From contig NIVC01000749.1 in the NCBI GenBank assembly GCA_002269645.1, positions 195,162 to 259,161 of the forward strand: a DNA stretch of 64,000 nt, in the 5' to 3' direction. The stretch's first letter is position 1, and each line of letters begins with the position of its first letter. The stretch is from Macrostomum lignano (Eukaryota). This document shows, one piece after another, positions 59,151 to 64,000 of the stretch. The translations under genes were made by a program, and so were the position numbers. The notes beneath the pieces were generated by a model. It did no database searches. It saw only the letters and a list, made by a program, of their open reading frames with translations, and was not told where the DNA came from.

Positions 59151-59986
59151 CATAAACGACGGTAAGATTTAGTAAAATTCTCTCTGCTGTTGTGTGCGTC
59201 TTTTCTGCGCCATGACAGGCTAAAAGACACCGAGTTGCGAATCCGGACTGATGGGGATCGAATCCCTAAGAGCTGAGCAAACACTGAAAGACACGACAGC
59301 CTACACAAGGGGCCTGTATTGGGCAGACCCATTCACGCTCGCATTCGATTGAGCTCATCACTGATGCCTACTTAACCCCACATCGGCTCAGTCTGTCTCA
59401 ACTATCACTTCTCGTAGCCAATACCGTACTATGCTCTTAATACTAAACGTTCTCAATGCTGGATATTGATTTCATCGAACACTTATGAGGCTGCTGCATG
59501 GGTGCACAGAGCAACGTGTCCCAGTTAGAGTGGGGGTGTTGATCGACTCAAGAAGGATGCGAAACTGTTGTAAATACCACGCTTTTAGCGCTGGAGATGA
59601 TGATGGGGGGCCCAGCCTCTCTGGGGTGTTTGTTTGTTCTCAAAGCCTCTGGGCGCGTGCCATCAGTTCCAGCGAAGCGGTTCAGCGACCGAAACGCAGA
59701 AGTGGGAGACAGGGCCGGCTGTGATGGCACAACTGCCGGACCGGACATGACTGCAGCGAGAGTGCATGGGAAAGCGAAGGGGGGTGGGATGGTGGCGAAG
59801 GAATCCCTGGCCTCCTCCCCGTCCCCTCCGTCTGGAAATGTGGGAACAGAAATGTGGGAATCGACAGCCTTGCTGCGCCAACTAGCGGCACTTTGTTTGC
59901 CGTCACCTCTCTTGGGTCTCACGCCAATTTGTGTGCAAACTGGATCACCCTAGCTTGTTGGGAAAGTGGCCAATATTGCTTCGGAT

Positions 59987-60590
59987 CTGTGACAGGAACT
60001 GTGATAGACAGGAACTGTGACAGACAGGCACTGTGACAGACAGGCACTGTGACAGATAGGCACTGTGACAGACAGACAATGTGACAGACAGGCACTGTAA
60101 CAGACAGACAATGTGACAGATAAGCACTGTGACAGATAGGCACTGTGACAGACAGGCACTGTGATAGACAGGAACTGTGATAGACAGGAACTGTGACAGA
60201 CAGGCACTGTGACAGACAGGCACTGTGACAGACAGGCAGTGACAGACAGGAAATGTGACAGACAGGCACTGTGACAGACAGGCACTGTGACAGACAGGAA
60301 ATGTGACAGACAGGCACTGTGACAGACAGACAATGTGACAGATAAGCACTGTGACAGATAGGCACTGTGACAGACAGGCACTGTGATAGACAGGAACTGT
60401 GATAGACAGGAACTGTGACAGACAGGCACTGTGACAGACAGGCACTGTGACAGACAGGCAGTGACAGACAGGAAATGTGACAGACAGGCACTGTGACAGA
60501 CAGGCACTGTGACAGACAGGAAATGTGACAGACAGGCACTGTGACAGACAGGCACTGTGACAGACAGGCAGTGACAGACAGGCACTGAGA
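59987..60590. repeat. 16-bp minisatellite (TGTGACAGACAGGCAC)n with higher-order duplication
   Basis: Visible array. Variant blocks recur about 240 bp apart. Confidence 0.93.
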
Positions 60591-60934
60591 CTTACATGGA
60601 CTGATAAACAGGCACTGTAAGACAAACACGAGTTCTAGTTCATATTTCTCAAAAGCCACACCCAGTTGCATAGATCAGTAATATAAAATTTTACATCTAC
60701 CCATTTTATGGCTACATGCCCGACAGAGAGCCAGCATACTTCAATCAAGCCACTGTACGCGGTCTGCAGCAGCATAGCTTAGAATAGCAACAGAAGCTGT
60801 TGTTGAGGTTACACTTGTCATTACACTTGCCAAACCTGGAATGTCGAATTCCAGGTTTGGTTGTCTCAGTCAGATATTTTCGTGTTGTCTATGGCCTAAT
60901 CTGTCTTTGTTCTGTAGGCTTTTAACTTTGAATG

Positions 60935-61442
60935 TCCTAGGACATTAGGACACTGGGACACTTAATACACTGAAACATTAGGACACTAAGACACTAGGAC
61001 ACTAGAAACATTAGGAAATTAGGACACTGGGACATTAGGACATTAGGACACTAGGTCACTAGAAACATTAGGACATTAGGACATTGGGACATTAAGACAC
61101 TAGGACACTACGAAACTAGGACACTAGAACATAAGGACACTAGGAATATTAGGACACTGGGACACTAGAACGTTAGGACACTAGAGCATTAGGACATTAG
61201 GAAACTAAGACACTAGGACTTTAGGACATTATGACATTAGAACATTAGAACATCAGAATATTGGGACATTAGGACACTATAACATCAGGACACTAGGAAC
61301 TTTAGGACATTAGGACAATAGGACAGGGCACTTAGAAAATTAGAACATTGGGACATTAGGACACTGGAACACTAGAACACTATGAACATTAGGACAGGAC
61401 ACTAGGACACTACGAACACTAGAACAGGACACTATAGGACAC
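60935..61442. repeat. Degenerate 8-bp repeat (GGACATTA/GGACACTA)n
   Basis: Visible array. Confidence 0.85.
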
Positions 61443-62385
61443 TATCTATCTCTTCAGTGCATCCTAATCCATCAAAAACGTATCTGTGCCTTATACAAAT
61501 TAATCTTGAAGTAAAAAAACTCCCAAAAAGCGAAGACAGCCTGACAAGGTAAATCAGATTTCTGTTCGTACCTTAAACCAAAAAAAAAGTTGCTGCTAAT
61601 CAGCTGTAAGAAATCTACTGTGTTGGAATGGACAGGGCACTGCATTAACAAACGGTGAAAAAAAAAAATATGCTTGTTTTCAATGCACCCCGAGTAATAA
61701 AACAGCTGAGCTACAGGCCAGAGGGAACCCGCGGCCACAGTAAACGTAAATCAATGCCTCCATCCCAAAGGAAAATGTTTTCTAAAAGACGGAGGGCAAG
61801 AGGGGAGAGACAGACGTCAGAGAGAGAATGCGGGTAGTTCCCGCTAGCTAAACAGTTGGCAAAAGCAACTATAGCTTCAGTGTGTTCGAATTATTTGCCT
61901 TCAGACCCACAGCCAACCTCAGACCCGCGACTCCGCAGGCTTCTGTCGCATTCTGTTGTATTTCACTGCGTTTTCCTCAGCTAGTAGTTTTACAGCTGAA
62001 CTACAATAGGTTGCCAGTTCCGCTCCATCAGAAACACAGTGCAGTGTGCCCTCTACTATATAGGGGGTGTTGAAACATCTGCTTCAGTTGGTAAGGTGAA
62101 GCAATGAACGCGAGCGTGCCGCTCCCCCATGCTGACAATCTACCAAAACTGTCATCATCTGATGGAGCAGCCCTGAGCGGCCACACCGGTTTTGCTTGAT
62201 CCCAGGCGTTCCAGTGGTCAGTCACGTCTGTGCGCTGTCCTTTTTTATGCGAGGGGCGAGTGGGGGGGGGTAACTTTGCAGCGACGATGTCAGGGAAATT
62301 CTCTGTTCCTCAATTATTCTGACGATTGTAACAATTTTGAAGTTTTCAGACAGTTGCGCTTCGTCTGCTTCTTTCGGTGCGTCTG

Positions 62386-62720
<335 letters not shown>

Positions 62721-64000
62721 TTACCTGATTCCCTATGCTTTAGGCTCACCCCGGAAGCAATCAACTCAAATACGTTCGCACATGAAATCCAAAACTAGCT
62801 TGTACATGCAAGGTACTACGAAAGCTGTCCATCATTCTATAAACTTAAATGCGGTGGTATTCTATATTTGCTTTACGAATCGCCCCAGCATAAATATAAG
62901 TCACAAAATTTATTTTTGACTAAGCAGCAGAGAGGAAAAATACCCAAGTCAACTCACGGCGCCCTTCCCCCTCCCATATAGTTTGCCATTTTGAGCAGAG
63001 CTTGCGTGTCCATCTGCTCTCCGAGCGGGAAAGGTGTGGAGTGTCTGCAGGGGAGACGCTGAGTGTCCAGCAGCCGCAGAAAAATATAATGGCCTAGATG
63101 AGGCGCGAGTGCAGGTTAGGGAGGCCCCAGAGCCAAACTCATTGTTGAGGTTCCTGGATGAGGGTTATTCTAACGGAAACTGTCCAGTCGTTATTATGAA
63201 GAGGCAGTCCTGCTCCACACACCTGGGATAGCTAAAGCACTTCGCAAGCACCCTTTCTAATTGGGGACTGTGTTGTATGTCCGAGAGATTGGCTTATAGA
63301 CCTTTTCTATCAAAGATGCATCTGGGGATAGGCACAACCAGTCAATGCACAGGCAGATTCAGCTTGATAGTTTGGTCCGGTGAGCCTTTTCGTGGTAGCT
63401 GGTGCAAACAGATGAACAAGTGACTGAGTGGGCCGGGCCTGTTTGTGATGCAGTAGCTAGAGAATTCCTGAAGACACGATCAAAAAGGGTTTTGTAACTG
63501 TCAAGAGTCTGATGACACAGAGAGGAAAGCTAGCTAACGATAGTCTGAGTGGATAAAATGACAGATCAGAGGGATAGCAGATTGAGTGACAGTACGAAAT
63601 TGGTATAGTATAAACGCAAGTCAAACAAGTAAATCTTGACTATTAAAAGATTTTATAATACACTCACTTATGGCCTAGTACCGTACACGATCTGGCGTTC
63701 TAGTTCTTGTTGCTAGTTTAAAATTAACAATTAATGAACAAGAATTTCAGCTTATTTAAATAAAGCATAAAATTTATCCCCCCCAACAGTCGTTAGAAAA
63801 TGAGATTAACTTCAACTTAGTTGAATAATGAATGCATCACAAGTATAGTTGGCCGCAGTGCAAGCTGGAGTAGAAGCATTGGAGTGTAACACACAAACGC
63901 ACATGTTTTGCTTGGTCTGGCGGATCTAGAATGCAGCTGGTCATGCTTGCCAGAATCCGCAGCCCAAGCAAGCAGTTTGAGAAGCCCCGAGGTTGTTAAT

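Noticed and set aside
60830-60860. 13-bp hairpin CCAAACCTGGAAT-GTCGA-ATTCCAGGTTTGG as a Helitron 3' end
   Set aside because: There is no CTRR terminus at the expected distance and no matching 5' end, so the evidence is insufficient.

Overview
Eukaryotic (metazoan) genomic DNA. GC-rich exons, GT-AG introns and dense micro/minisatellites suggest a flatworm such as Macrostomum (inference). Three spliced genes were reconstructed by hand on the minus strand with consistent exon phases: a USP4/11/15-family deubiquitinase (7 exons, 44382->37788, about 929 aa), PGAM5 (3 exons, 35215->32719, about 272 aa) and a Src42A/FRK-type tyrosine kinase (27580->6247, possibly with an extra terminal exon at 5504->5472). 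A 5'-truncated multi-exon hypothetical gene lies on the plus strand (<1..3287). The 16.5-kb third intron of the kinase holds a complete, very young Ty3/Gypsy LTR retrotransposon (identical 198-bp LTRs, AGGTG TSD, one in-frame TAG between RNase H and integrase), a decayed DD34D mariner and several satellites. Also present: two tRNA-derived SINE families (one CORE-like), two hAT-type MITEs, a fold-back element, an inverted repeat with hammerhead-like motifs, and more than 20 tandem arrays. Most long ORFs in the supplied track are artefacts of simple repeats. I cannot claim a clearly new biological system. The best leads are the Gypsy RNase H/integrase amber stop, the one-private-satellite-per-intron architecture, a possible USP-PGAM5 polycistronic arrangement, the hammerhead-like inverted repeat and a TAGGCCTA cluster upstream of the USP gene.
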